Shown piece by piece: positions 51,330-60,489 of a stretch of 64,000 bases of DNA. This DNA comes from an uncultured Alcaligenaceae bacterium. Its GTDB lineage: Bacteria > Planctomycetota > Planctomycetia > Gemmatales > Gemmataceae. The notes beneath the pieces were generated by a model. It did not search any database and had not been told where the DNA came from. It worked only from the letters and a program-made list of their open reading frames with translations. The position numbers and the translations under genes are program-made. Location: positions 6,700 to 70,699 of the forward strand of contig CAZQXG010000005.1 of the NCBI GenBank assembly GCA_964597065.1, written 5' to 3'. Numbering within the stretch: position 1 is the first letter of the stretch; each line of letters opens with the position of its first letter.

Positions 51330-52798
51330 TCACTTTGGCAACCCCCAGACCCGAACCGTCCCATCCACGCTCGCGGAGACTGCCAGCCGGCCATTGGGCG
51401 AAAAAGCCACGGAGCGGATGTTTCCCTTGTGCTCGGCATAGGCGTGGACCTCTTGGCCGGTGTCCAGGTCCCAGAGCCGGACCAGCTTATCGGCGTCGGT
51501 TCCGGAAAGGGCCAGATTGCCCTTGGGCGCGTAAGCAACCGAGGTCACGCCGTACATGGGGATCAGCAGCTTTTTCAACTCCGAGCCGGTGTCGGTTTGC
51601 CAGAGCCGGATCGTGAAATCGAAGCCGCCGCTGAGGATGCGATCTCCGCCCGGGGAAAAGACCGCGCTGCTGACGGACTTGCGGTGGCCTTCGAAAATCC
51701 GGCGCTGCTTGCCGGTGTCCGCGTGCCAGAGGCGAAGAGTGCCGTCGCCGCCGGCGGACAGGGCATATTCGTCATCGGGGGAGAATGCCACAGCGTGCAC
51801 GGGTCCTTGGTGGCCCTTGAATTGAATGATCTCGTTTTTCTGCTCCAGGCTCCACTTGCGCATGAGCCGATCCTTGCCGGTCCCGGAAAGCGCGTATTGG
51901 CCGTTGGCAGACACGGCCACGGCATTGATGCCGATGTCGGGCACTTCCATTTTTCCCAGCTCCTTGCCGGTGTCCGCGTCCCACAAGCGCATGGAGAAGT
52001 CCAGGCTTCCGGAGAGGAAGCGCCGGCCATTGCGGGCCAACGCCAGGCTGGTGACGGCCTTGTCGTGTCCACGGTGCCGATGATGTTGCCGACCTGTGTC
52101 AGCCGGCTTTTCTGCTCGGATTCGGCCTCCAGTCGGGCCAGGCCGAAATCGAGGACCTTGACCACGATTGTCCCATCTTGGGCCAAACGCGAGGCCATCA
52201 GGTTGCTGGGCTTGATGTCGCGGTGAACGATGCCCTTGGGAAAAGCGTGCTGCAGCCCACGGGCGGCCTGGGCGATGAAATCGCAGGCCTGGGTGATTCC
52301 CAGCGGGCCGGACTGCTTCACCAGCCGGGACAGGTCGATGCCCGGGATGTACTCCATGGCCAGGAAATGCCGCTGGCCCACCTGGTCGGCGTCGATGACC
52401 GTGACGATGTTGGGGTGTGTGAGCTGGGCGGAGGCCCGCGACTCGCGTTGAAACCGCTGCACGGCCCGCGAACTTGTGAAATGCTCCTGATCGATGACCT
52501 TCAAGGCGACGATGCGGCCCAGGCGGACTTGCCGGGCCTTGAAAACCTGACCCATGCCGCCTTCGCCCAGGCGATCCAGCAAACGATAGGGCCCCAGCAC
52601 CAGCTCCTGGCCACGGCCTTCGCGAATCATCTCGGCCACGAAACGAGTAATCCAGCCACGCCGCACCAGCTCGGCGAGAAGCGCCTCGGAACTGGCCAGG
52701 TGGATTTTTTGCGCCAGGGCTTCCGCGGCCTGGGACGGCTCGAGGAACTGGTTGTCCCGCAGGAAGTCCAGCAAGGCCGTCGGGCCCGGCGCAGCCAT
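51330..52798 (-). pseudogene. Ser/Thr kinase-WD40 gene disrupted by an internal out-of-frame deletion
   Basis: The kinase frame runs to DFGLARLEAESEQKSRLTQVGNIIGTVD, then loses sense. A different frame continues from the same point as GHDKAVTSLALARNGRRFLSGSLDFSMRLWD plus five further WD40 blades (listed ORF 51330..52040). Confidence 0.6.
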
Positions 52799-52842
52799 GG
52801 GTGTCGGCTCCAGGAGGGAATCGAGGCTATCTCAAAGAAATG

Positions 52843-53118
52843 TTATCGCTTTTTGGGCAGACTCTCCAGCGGAGGGAGAATCTTGACCAGCCGTTTGGCG
52901 GCCTCGTCAACGCTGCTCAGCTTGCGATTGGCTTCCTCGAGCTGCATGCCGACCTTGGGAAACGAGGCCGTCGCCTGCTCTACGTTGGACAGCCGGCAGT
53001 TGGCTTCATCGAGCTGCTCGGTGATCGTCCGCAGCTGCCCCTGCATGCCATCCAGCCGCCGGGTGATGCTGCAGCCGCTTGACAGCAACAAGATGGGCAA
53101 GATGAGCCATATTCTCAT
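52843..53118 (-). CDS. small coiled-coil lipoprotein
   Basis: Lipobox LLLSSGC, followed by heptad-like repeats. Confidence 0.6.
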   Translation of the reverse strand: MRIWLILPILLLSSGCSITRRLDGMQGQLRTITEQLDEANCRLSNVEQATASFPKVGMQLEEANRKLSSVDEAAKRLVKILPPLESLPKKR

Positions 53119-53259
53119 AGGTTTCTCCTATCCATGGATCGACTTTGCGGAGGCTGGGACTTTAGGGAGATTTCGGGGTTTTCCGACAAAAGGGATAATG
53201 CCGAAAAAATCAAAGGTCAGCCAGGCGTGTGCAAAGCTCGCTCGGCGGTTTCGCGCACC

Positions 53260-54813
53260 TCATGCCGGCTCGCGCAACAACCGTTCAAAATCAGCCAGCC
53301 CCTTCTGATAGGCTTCGCGCCATTCAGCAACGGGAGCCGCCGGCGCGCGAAACTTGACCATCCGGCCGACACCATCCGCGACGGTGAAGGTTGACGAATT
53401 GCCCTGCGCCACTGCCCTATGCTGGCGGCGGCGCTGCGTCTCAAGGGCCGCCAGCGCGGTGACGGCAGCGCCCAGGGCCGGGCCTTCTTCCGATTGCAGT
53501 CGCTCCAACGGCCGATCCAGCACCGTGGCCAGAATCGCGCACATCAGCTGGCTGCGCGCAACGCCGCCGGAGACCGTGATGCGGGCGATGCTCTGCCCGG
53601 CCGACTGGTGCTGGCGAACGCCCAGGGCCACCAGGTAAGCCAGAGCTTCCAGGGCGGCCCGGAACTTCGTGCCCGGATCCGTGGGAACTGCGGGAACCCA
53701 GCCGAAGCGTTTTTCCTTCACTCCCAACGAAGGCTCGGAGAAGACAAAGGGCAGGACCATGGTGCCATTGCAGCCAGGCGGACAGGCGCGGGCTTGCTCC
53801 TCCAGTTTGTCCCAATTCGGCTTCTTGCCCACGATGCGGTCGAGGAACTGGGCGCCGTTGGTGTAACAGCGCATCCACAGGTAAGGGCCCCAGCTCAGGC
53901 GCATGGCGTCGAGGTCGTCCGTGGCCGGCAATTGATCCGAGGAGGAATTCACCACGGCGGAGTTGCCGAGGATGATGGCCATCTGCCCGGCGTCGACCGC
54001 GCCGCCTCCGACCAGGCCGGCTTGCTGATCGTCGGAGGTGGGGAAGATCAGCGGCCGAACGCTGGCCGGCAGCCCCGCCTCGACCGCCAGCGCTTCGGAC
54101 AGCGGTCCGATTGGCTCAGTATGATCGACGATCCGCGGTAACTGCTGCCAGGCCAAGTCGCGCAGCTCCGGCTTGGTGAGAGCATCGAGCATGGCCCGGC
54201 ACCATTGCCCGCTGCGCAGGTCGCAGATTCCGGTCGAGGCCGCCGACGACAGGCTGGTGACTTCGAAGTTCCCAGTCAAGAAACCTGCCGCCAAGGGGCC
54301 GTGCGGCAAGATGCGCTCGGTTCGCTTCCAAGCCGCTACGGGAAGCCTGGCCTCGTCCTTGACAAGATGGCTGAGGGAATAACGGACAGCCCACGGCCCG
54401 CCGATGAGCTCGCGGACCTTGGCCTGCCCGCCGAGCCGGTCCAGCCCGCGCTGGTGATAGCGGGCCAGGCTCTGGTCGTTCCAGCAGATGGCCCGGCGGA
54501 CCTGGTTATGATGCCGGTCGATCCGGCCGGCACTGTGATGCGTGGCCGAGATGCCGCCGGCCGCCCAGTGCTCCAGCCGGCCCAGCTCGCGCAGCCGGTC
54601 CGCCATGGCCCGCACGCTGGCCCTCGCCTGACCTTCGAGTTGGAACAGGTTCAGCTCGGATACACCCCTTTTCGTCCACAGGTCGGTCGGCAAGCGGACC
54701 TCGGCTAGCGTGTTGCCTTCGACGTCGAAGGCCAGGCACTTGACTCCGCCGGTGCTGAAATCCCAGCCGCTGATGACGGTTTCGGCGGAAACGACTTGAA
54801 GTGGTTTGGGCAC
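53260..54813 (-). CDS. FGGY-family carbohydrate kinase
   Basis: 517 aa with an N-terminal ISGWDFSTGGVKCLAFD and a C-terminal VSGGVARS motif. Confidence 0.85.
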   Translation of the reverse strand: MPKPLQVVSAETVISGWDFSTGGVKCLAFDVEGNTLAEVRLPTDLWTKRGVSELNLFQLEGQARASVRAMADRLRELGRLEHWAAGGISATHHSAGRIDRHHNQVRRAICWNDQSLARYHQRGLDRLGGQAKVRELIGGPWAVRYSLSHLVKDEARLPVAAWKRTERILPHGPLAAGFLTGNFEVTSLSSAASTGICDLRSGQWCRAMLDALTKPELRDLAWQQLPRIVDHTEPIGPLSEALAVEAGLPASVRPLIFPTSDDQQAGLVGGGAVDAGQMAIILGNSAVVNSSSDQLPATDDLDAMRLSWGPYLWMRCYTNGAQFLDRIVGKKPNWDKLEEQARACPPGCNGTMVLPFVFSEPSLGVKEKRFGWVPAVPTDPGTKFRAALEALAYLVALGVRQHQSAGQSIARITVSGGVARSQLMCAILATVLDRPLERLQSEEGPALGAAVTALAALETQRRRQHRAVAQGNSSTFTVADGVGRMVKFRAPAAPVAEWREAYQKGLADFERLLREPA

Positions 54814-54942
54814 TGCATGGCCTCCATCGGCATGGCCTCCGTCGCATTGCGGGAATCGAACACGAAGTGCAGGTTAGTAGGTTGGAGCCGATTGGCAACG
54901 CCGGGAAGCGGATTTCAACCGGCCGCCAAGGCACTCACCGCT

Positions 54943-54970
54943 CACTACCCACTACCCACTACCCACTCAC
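54943..54970. repeat. CACTACC heptamer array
   Basis: cactacc x3 plus cactcac, in the intergenic region. Confidence 0.85.
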
Positions 54971-55123
54971 CAGTCGCACTCCGGCGCCGTGAACACCAGC
55001 AGCACGCCCAACGGCCAGTACGCCTTCACGGAGCTCACTCTCGGCAACAATAGCCGGCCCACCAGCATCAGTCATCGATCTCGGAAAACTCGACAACATT
55101 ACCAAGAATGATAAACTTCCTCC

Positions 55124-55897
55124 ATGACCTACATCGAGACGTTTGACGACGGACCGGGCGGCTGGTTCAACGTGACCAACAACTTCGCCGGGCCGAAGAA
55201 GCTGGAGTATCGGCGGGGCAGCGTCACGGCGCGCAGCCCGTGGTGGGTGGATTACAACCACGCCCCTCCCGGCGCCGGCTACCTGCACATGCTGTTCGTG
55301 CTGCCCACGCATGGCCCACTGGGCGAGGCGGTCATGGAAGCCGGCGGCGTCAACCGCTTTATCCTCGGCGAGCAACTCGGCAAGCAACTCGGCAAGCAAC
55401 TCGGCAAGCAACTCGGCAAGCAACTCGGCGAGCAACTCGGCGAGCAAGCGGGCGGGTTTGCCACCGATTTCACAAAGGCTCGGCTCACGGTGCGCTGGCA
55501 GGGGGAACTCGAGACGCGCGGCGCGCAGCCTTGCCTGTTGCTGCAAGCGTCGGCCGAAGGGCTGGTTTCAGGTTGGGCTTGCACCGGCCGCCCGTTTCAG
55601 GTCACGCCCGACTGGACCGAGCAGACCATCACCATCGAGCCCGACGAATCGCTATGGACATGCCTGGGCGGACGTCACGATCGGACGGCTTTCTATGGCC
55701 GGCTCGACCTGGCCCGCGTCATTGGCGACGTCAACGTGAACCTGATGCTCATCTTGTTTCCCCTGGATATCGTGCCCATGGGCCCCGTCGCCGGCGACCC
55801 GCATCGCCGCCGCGCCGATTGGGACTACCCCGTCTGGCGCTCGCGCTTGCCGGAAGGCTACGTCACGCTCGACGAGGTGCGGATTGAATTCCCATGA
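55124..55897 (+). CDS. hypothetical protein with internal QLGK repeat
   Basis: 257-aa ORF with protein-like composition and ATG at 55124. No family recognised. Confidence 0.55.
   Translation: MTYIETFDDGPGGWFNVTNNFAGPKKLEYRRGSVTARSPWWVDYNHAPPGAGYLHMLFVLPTHGPLGEAVMEAGGVNRFILGEQLGKQLGKQLGKQLGKQLGEQLGEQAGGFATDFTKARLTVRWQGELETRGAQPCLLLQASAEGLVSGWACTGRPFQVTPDWTEQTITIEPDESLWTCLGGRHDRTAFYGRLDLARVIGDVNVNLMLILFPLDIVPMGPVAGDPHRRRADWDYPVWRSRLPEGYVTLDEVRIEFP
55370..55453 (+). repeat. 12-nt tandem repeat, about 7 units
   Basis: (g/a)agcaactcggc repeated. Encodes EQLGKQLGKQLGKQLGKQLGEQLGEQ. Confidence 0.9.
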
Positions 55898-55910
55898 TTG
55901 GCCACCTGAA

Positions 55911-56293
55911 TCAGCCCCGCGAGACTCGGAGCGTTGGGCTGCCGGTCGCGGCCTGTTCGAGGACTGTAGCTGCGATGCGCACATCTGTCTTGCGGATTTT
56001 CAATTTGAGCTTCGCCAATTCGTGGTAGCGCTGAATGGCTGGCTTGTCGAAGGCGACAATTTGCAACCGGGACAAGAAATGGACGTTTTCGGCCAGTCGC
56101 CGGTACGCCCAGGCGAGTTCGTCGTTGCACTTTGCTCTGCGCAGAGCGGTGTACCACCCGGAAAGCTGTTCCTCCACGCTCAGAACCGTGATCGCCAACT
56201 ATTTTTGTGGATGATCCTTGGCGCGCTGGCAGATTCTGGGATGGCCCTCCTGGAACAACGTCAGGGTATCCGTGTCGAGGATATGCAGGCTCA
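55911..56293 (-). pseudogene. vapC: vapC (PIN toxin) with in-frame TAG
   Basis: MSLHILDTDTLTLFQEGHPRICQRAKDHPQK-TAG-LAITVLSVEEQLSGWYT... The 17.5-kb fragment copy has GAG at that codon. The C-terminus also looks aberrant. Confidence 0.75.
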
Positions 56294-56590
56294 TGGGTAG
56301 TCCGGATCCTCGTCAACTTTCTTGCGGTAGTCGGCCACGGCGCGCTTCCAGTCATCGATCATCGGGTCGTCTTTGAACATGCCGGCGAACTCGACCCAGG
56401 GGTTGGGTTCCGGCCCCACTTCGATGCCGACGAGTTCCGTACCCTCCTTGAGGCGGGCCTGGATTTTCCGGCGAATCTTGGTTAGCGCTTCGTCACGCGT
56501 GGCGCCTCTGGCCGTCACAGCAAACGGCTCGGAACCGCGCGCTCGATAGCCGTTGCCCTTGATGCGTTCCAAGAGAACTGGAATTTGCAT
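56291..56590 (-). CDS. antitoxin partner of the vapC pseudogene
   Basis: 99 aa with an ATGA overlap with vapC. MQIPVLLERIKGNGYRARG...GATRDEALTKIRRKI resembles a HicB-like/VapB-type fold. Confidence 0.65.
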   Translation of the reverse strand: MQIPVLLERIKGNGYRARGSEPFAVTARGATRDEALTKIRRKIQARLKEGTELVGIEVGPEPNPWVEFAGMFKDDPMIDDWKRAVADYRKKVDEDPDYP

Positions 56591-56777
56591 GGCAAACCCT
56601 CCCCTGTGACCGATGGTAGCGTTCCTTGATGTTCTGGGAACGGAGCGGACTTGTCAAGGCATCCCTCGGCTCTTTGCTGAACCCGAAGGGAATTCTGAAC
56701 GGTCCGCCCCCTTCAGTTTGGATACAATGACGGACAGTGATCCGCGAAAGCTGCTTGGCGAAACGCGGGAGCAAAAC

Positions 56778-59009
56778 ATGAAAACGATGCGCTGGATATC
56801 CCTGCAAATCTTGGCGGGCATCGCCCTTCTCGTGGTGAGCCTGGCAGGCCGATCCCAAGAAACTGCGGCGGCGGGCAAGGCGGCCGAGCACTGGTCCTTT
56901 CACAAGCCGGTGCGGCCCGTGCTGCCCGACGCCGGCCGGCTCAAGTACGGCGACCGGGTGCGCAATCCTATCGATGCGTTTGCCCTGAAGAAGCTGGAAC
57001 AGGAGGAGCTGGTGCCGGCGCCTCGGGCTGACAAGCATACTCTGGTGCGCCGCGCGTATTTCGACCTGCTCGGCCTACCTCCCACGCCCGAGCAGGTTGC
57101 CAAGTTCGTCCGCGATTCCTCCGCCGACGCCTGGCCCAAGCTGATCGATGAGCTGCTCAAATCACCGCACTACGGCGAGCGCTGGGGCCGGCACTGGCTT
57201 GACGTCGCGCGCTACGCCGACTCGGGCGGCTATGAGACCGACATCTATTACCGCAATGCCTGGCGCTATCGCGACTACGTGGTCAAGTCGTTCAACGACG
57301 ACAAGCCTTATGACCGGTTTGTGCAAGAACAAGTCGCCGCCGACGAGATTTGGCCCGATAACCTCGACCTTCAGCCGCGGCGGGTCTACATCGTCTCCGA
57401 GGAAAAGCGCCAACACCTTGAAGCCCGGCTCGGCACCGGCTTCTATGCACTCGGCCCGCAGATCCATGAATCGGGCCTGGACGCCGGGAAACTCAGGTAC
57501 GAGCAATTGACCGATTGGGTGGACGCCACCGGCTCGGTGTTCTTGGGCTTGACGATCGGCTGCGCGCGTTGCCACAACCACAAGTTCGATCCGATTACGC
57601 ACCGCGACTACTTCGGCATGCAGGCGATTTTCGCCGGCAGCGTTGAGGCCGAGGCGCCGCTCTTGACCGCCATGGAGATTGCCGATTGGAAACAGAATTA
57701 TCCGAAGATTCTGGCGGTGGACGAGGCTCGCCGCGCCTACCGGTTGTTCGAGAAAAAGACCGCCGGGCGAAAATTGACCCTGGAAGAAGCGCAGCAACGC
57801 CGGCAGCTTCTGGAGAACATCGCCCAGGGGGTGCTGCAGCTTCCCGAACGAGCCGCCTCGGTTCCCTCCTCGCCGTATGACGGCCTGATGGAGGTCCCGA
57901 CGGCCACGGTGCTTGGACACGAGCACCGCGAGCTGGCCAAGCCTGTCCACCTGCTCCAGCGCGGCGAACTCAGCCGGCCGCGACAAAAGATCGACGCGGC
58001 GCTGCCCGTCACGCTGGCCGCAGCCACCGGTTGCAAGCCATCCCTTCCCGGCCCCTTTGGCAGCCGCAAGCAGTTGGCCCTGTGGCTGACGCAGCCGGAC
58101 CACCCGCTGACGGCCCGAGTGATGGTCAATCGCATCTGGCACTGGCATTTCGGCCGCGGTCTCGTCGCCACGCCCAACGATTTCGGCGCCATGGGTCGGC
58201 CGCCGACCCATCCCGAATTGTTGGACTGGCTGGCCAGCGAATTCGTCGCCCAAGGCTGGAGCATCAAAAAGATGCACCGCCTGATCATGCTTTCAAGCAC
58301 CTACCAGATGTCGAGCCGTTCCAGCACCAGCGCAGACCTGAGGCGGGATCCGGACAATCGCTATCTGTGGCGGATGAACCGCCGCCGCCTGGAAGCAGAA
58401 GCGCTATGGGACTGTGTGCACGCCGCCGGCGGCACGCTGAACTTGCAGATGGGCGGCCGGCCTGTGGTGCCGCCGCTGGCCGACGATGAGATCGCTGCTT
58501 TACGCGAGAAGTGGCACTGGCCCGTCGCCGCCGACCCGCGCCAGCACACGCGGCGTGGCATGTATATCCTGGTGCGCCGCAATTTCCGCTTCCCCATGTT
58601 CGAAGTCTTCGACGGGCCGGTCACGTCCGTCAGTTGTCCCGCGCGCGACGTGACCACGGTGGCGCCCCAGGCATTGTGGAGCTTGAACAATCGCTCGGTG
58701 TTCCGCCAGGCGCAAGCATTCGCCGGCCGCGTGCTGAAAGAGGCGGGCGACAACCCCGAGCATTTTCTCGACCGCGCCTGGCTCATCGCGCTGGCCCGGC
58801 CGCCGTCGGCACAAGAAAAACGCGAAGGCTTGACGTTGCTCGACACACTCGCCCGGCGCGCCGGCAAGAGCGGCAGCGGCCGGCCAACCCACGTCCCTCT
58901 GGACCATCCGCCTAAAGAACTCATGGCACTGCCCCCGGAACGAGCGGCAGCGCTGGTGCAGTTCTGCCTTGCGCTTTACAACGTGAACGAATTTGCGTTT
59001 GTCGACTGA
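56778..59009 (+). CDS. DUF1549/DUF1553 (PSD1-type) protein
   Basis: ATG at 56778 after GGGAG, with a signal peptide. NPIDAFALKKL...YFDLLGLPPTPEQV...HYGERWGRHWLDVARYADS...CARCHNHKFDPI. Confidence 0.9.
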   Translation: MKTMRWISLQILAGIALLVVSLAGRSQETAAAGKAAEHWSFHKPVRPVLPDAGRLKYGDRVRNPIDAFALKKLEQEELVPAPRADKHTLVRRAYFDLLGLPPTPEQVAKFVRDSSADAWPKLIDELLKSPHYGERWGRHWLDVARYADSGGYETDIYYRNAWRYRDYVVKSFNDDKPYDRFVQEQVAADEIWPDNLDLQPRRVYIVSEEKRQHLEARLGTGFYALGPQIHESGLDAGKLRYEQLTDWVDATGSVFLGLTIGCARCHNHKFDPITHRDYFGMQAIFAGSVEAEAPLLTAMEIADWKQNYPKILAVDEARRAYRLFEKKTAGRKLTLEEAQQRRQLLENIAQGVLQLPERAASVPSSPYDGLMEVPTATVLGHEHRELAKPVHLLQRGELSRPRQKIDAALPVTLAAATGCKPSLPGPFGSRKQLALWLTQPDHPLTARVMVNRIWHWHFGRGLVATPNDFGAMGRPPTHPELLDWLASEFVAQGWSIKKMHRLIMLSSTYQMSSRSSTSADLRRDPDNRYLWRMNRRRLEAEALWDCVHAAGGTLNLQMGGRPVVPPLADDEIAALREKWHWPVAADPRQHTRRGMYILVRRNFRFPMFEVFDGPVTSVSCPARDVTTVAPQALWSLNNRSVFRQAQAFAGRVLKEAGDNPEHFLDRAWLIALARPPSAQEKREGLTLLDTLARRAGKSGSGRPTHVPLDHPPKELMALPPERAAALVQFCLALYNVNEFAFVD
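58881..59009 (+). repeat. direct repeat A (functional 3' end of the DUF1553 gene)
   Basis: 129 nt, about 92% identical to 59966-60094. Confidence 0.85.
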
Positions 59010-59016
59010 TCAATAC

Positions 59017-59060
59017 GGCTGTCAGGAACGTTTCCTTCCGGAAAACATGGCTGACAGCCG
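59017..59060. other. 10-bp hairpin directly after the DUF1553 gene stop
   Basis: cggctgtcag, a 24-nt loop (itself containing gtttcc/ggaaac), then ctgacagccg. No U-tract follows. Confidence 0.55.
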
Positions 59061-59096
59061 CCATCCCGGCTATGATGGATTGGAGGACGACTCGCC

Positions 59097-59195
59097 ATGA
59101 AAGTCATCGACGAGACGATCGAGGCCACGCTGGATTCGAACGGTCAGCTGCGACTGACACACCAGCCGCGGCAACCGCGGTCGGGCACAGCTTGA
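59097..59195 (+). pseudogene. 32-codon stub resembling an AbrB/SpoVT-type antitoxin N-terminus
   Basis: MKVIDETIEATLDSNGQLRLTHQPRQPRSGTA, with GGAGG 11 nt upstream. Far shorter than full antitoxins. Confidence 0.3.
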
Positions 59196-59235
59196 CGCGC
59201 AATACGGCTTGACGGCGGAATGGGCTGGGGAGAAC

Positions 59236-59664
59236 ATGAGCGCTCCAACGCGACCGCCCACTGCATCGGAACTGCTGGCGCGTTCGGAGGTCATTCAGGC
59301 GCTTGTTGGAGCGTGGGCGGACTCCCGGGGCGACGACCCGACCGATCGACACGAGGAGGGTGGGTGGATTTACCTGGATCTTTCGACAGGAGTCATCGTG
59401 ACGCGAAGGGCCCCGACCGGAACGCGGAGCCGCCTGTCCCTGGCCAATCCGCCGCTGTTGCCCAATCATGTGATTGTGGGGACGTTTCATACGCATCCGA
59501 ATCCCGCTTCGGAGGGGTGGAAAACCGGGCCGAGCATTCAAGACGAGCAGGCGGCAAGCTACAGTGGCGTTCCCTGGCTGATTCGCGCGGAGGACGGCGA
59601 TCACAGCGCGGGGTCCGACAGCCGCAGGGGCGGGCTCGGGGGTGGTCCCGGTTATCCGCCCTGA
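59236..59664 (+). CDS. JAB/DUF4329-like domain protein
   Basis: ATG after GGGGAG. EEGGWIYLD...VGTFHTHPNPASEGWKTGPSIQD fits an HxH...S..D metal-site pattern, as in the DUF4329 domains of polymorphic toxins. Confidence 0.45.
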   Translation: MSAPTRPPTASELLARSEVIQALVGAWADSRGDDPTDRHEEGGWIYLDLSTGVIVTRRAPTGTRSRLSLANPPLLPNHVIVGTFHTHPNPASEGWKTGPSIQDEQAASYSGVPWLIRAEDGDHSAGSDSRRGGLGGGPGYPP

Positions 59665-59687
59665 CAGCCCGCGAAAGGAGACGAAAT

Positions 59688-59927
59688 ATGGCGACAGTGA
59701 GTCCATCAGGAACAAGCCTGGCGGTTGCCGAGGTGCTGCGCATTGCACATCAGGACGCCCAGGCCGTCTACCGCGACCTCTCAGGGTTCAAGATCACGCT
59801 GACGCCTTGCCCCGACGGTTGGCACGTTGATTATGATTTGACGGACCTTCTTACCGCAGGAGGAGGTCCGCACTATGTGATCCACCCCGATACCGGGGAC
59901 ATTGTGGCCCGACGCTACGAGCAGTAG
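59688..59927 (+). CDS. small immunity-type protein
   Basis: ATG after AAAGGAG, 79 aa. The layout (AEVLRIAHQDAQAVYRDLSGFKITL...GWHVDY...GGGPHYVIHPDTGDIVARRYEQ) resembles PepSY/NTF2-like immunity proteins. Confidence 0.45.
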   Translation: MATVSPSGTSLAVAEVLRIAHQDAQAVYRDLSGFKITLTPCPDGWHVDYDLTDLLTAGGGPHYVIHPDTGDIVARRYEQ

Positions 59928-59965
59928 GCTGGCAGAAGCAAGAAGCGAAGCAGCACGACAGCGGC

Positions 59966-60094
59966 CGGCCAGCCCAGGTCCCACTGGACCATCCGCCCAA
60001 AGAACTCACGGCACTCCCCCCGGAACGAGCGGCAGCCCTGGTGCAGTTCTGCCTGGCGCTTTACAACGTGAACGAATTTGCCTTCGTCGACTGA
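59966..60094 (+). repeat. direct repeat B (displaced copy of the DUF1553 gene 3' end, frame preserved)
   Basis: Encodes RPAQVPLDHPPKELTALPPERAAALVQFCLALYNVNEFAFVD*, versus RPTHVPLDHPPKELMALPPERAAALVQFCLALYNVNEFAFVD* in copy A. Confidence 0.85.
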
Positions 60095-60164
60095 CCACCA
60101 AGGGGAAAAACAAGAAACACTCGGGACTCTTGACATCGGGCCCAGCACCGGTTCTACTCACTAT

Positions 60165-60243
60165 TGACGTAATATGCCGCCGGCGCCGTAATACCCTGAC
60201 GGGGCAGGAAACTACGCTGCCGGCAAGGTAATATGGTGCCGGC
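60165..60243 (+). promoter_or_regulatory. possible promoter/operator region of the vapBC pair
   Basis: TTGACG, about 18 nt, TAATAC. The GTAATATG(C/G) motif with GCCGGC recurs at 60169 and 60228. Pattern match only. Confidence 0.3.
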
Positions 60244-60273
60244 AAGCCCTCATTCGCCTCAGAAAGGTGTGTC

Positions 60274-60489
60274 ATGGAAATCGAAGGCGTGGTTCATAAT
60301 GGCGTCATTGTGCCGGACGACGCGGCGGGGTTGTCGGAAGGGACCCGAGTCCGAATCACCCCGGTTCCACTTGAAAACCCGAGGCCATTCGGCGAACGGT
60401 TCGCGCAGTTCAAGGGTGCAGTGCCTGGTTTACCGGCGGACTTGGCCGATCAACACGACCATTATCGCCTGGGGACCCCGAAGCGATGA
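60274..60489 (+). CDS. vapB: VapB-type antitoxin
   Basis: 71 aa. MEIEGVVHNGVIVPDDAAGLSEGTRVRITPV has a swapped-hairpin-like N-terminus. 4-nt overlap with vapC. Confidence 0.65.
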   Translation: MEIEGVVHNGVIVPDDAAGLSEGTRVRITPVPLENPRPFGERFAQFKGAVPGLPADLADQHDHYRLGTPKR

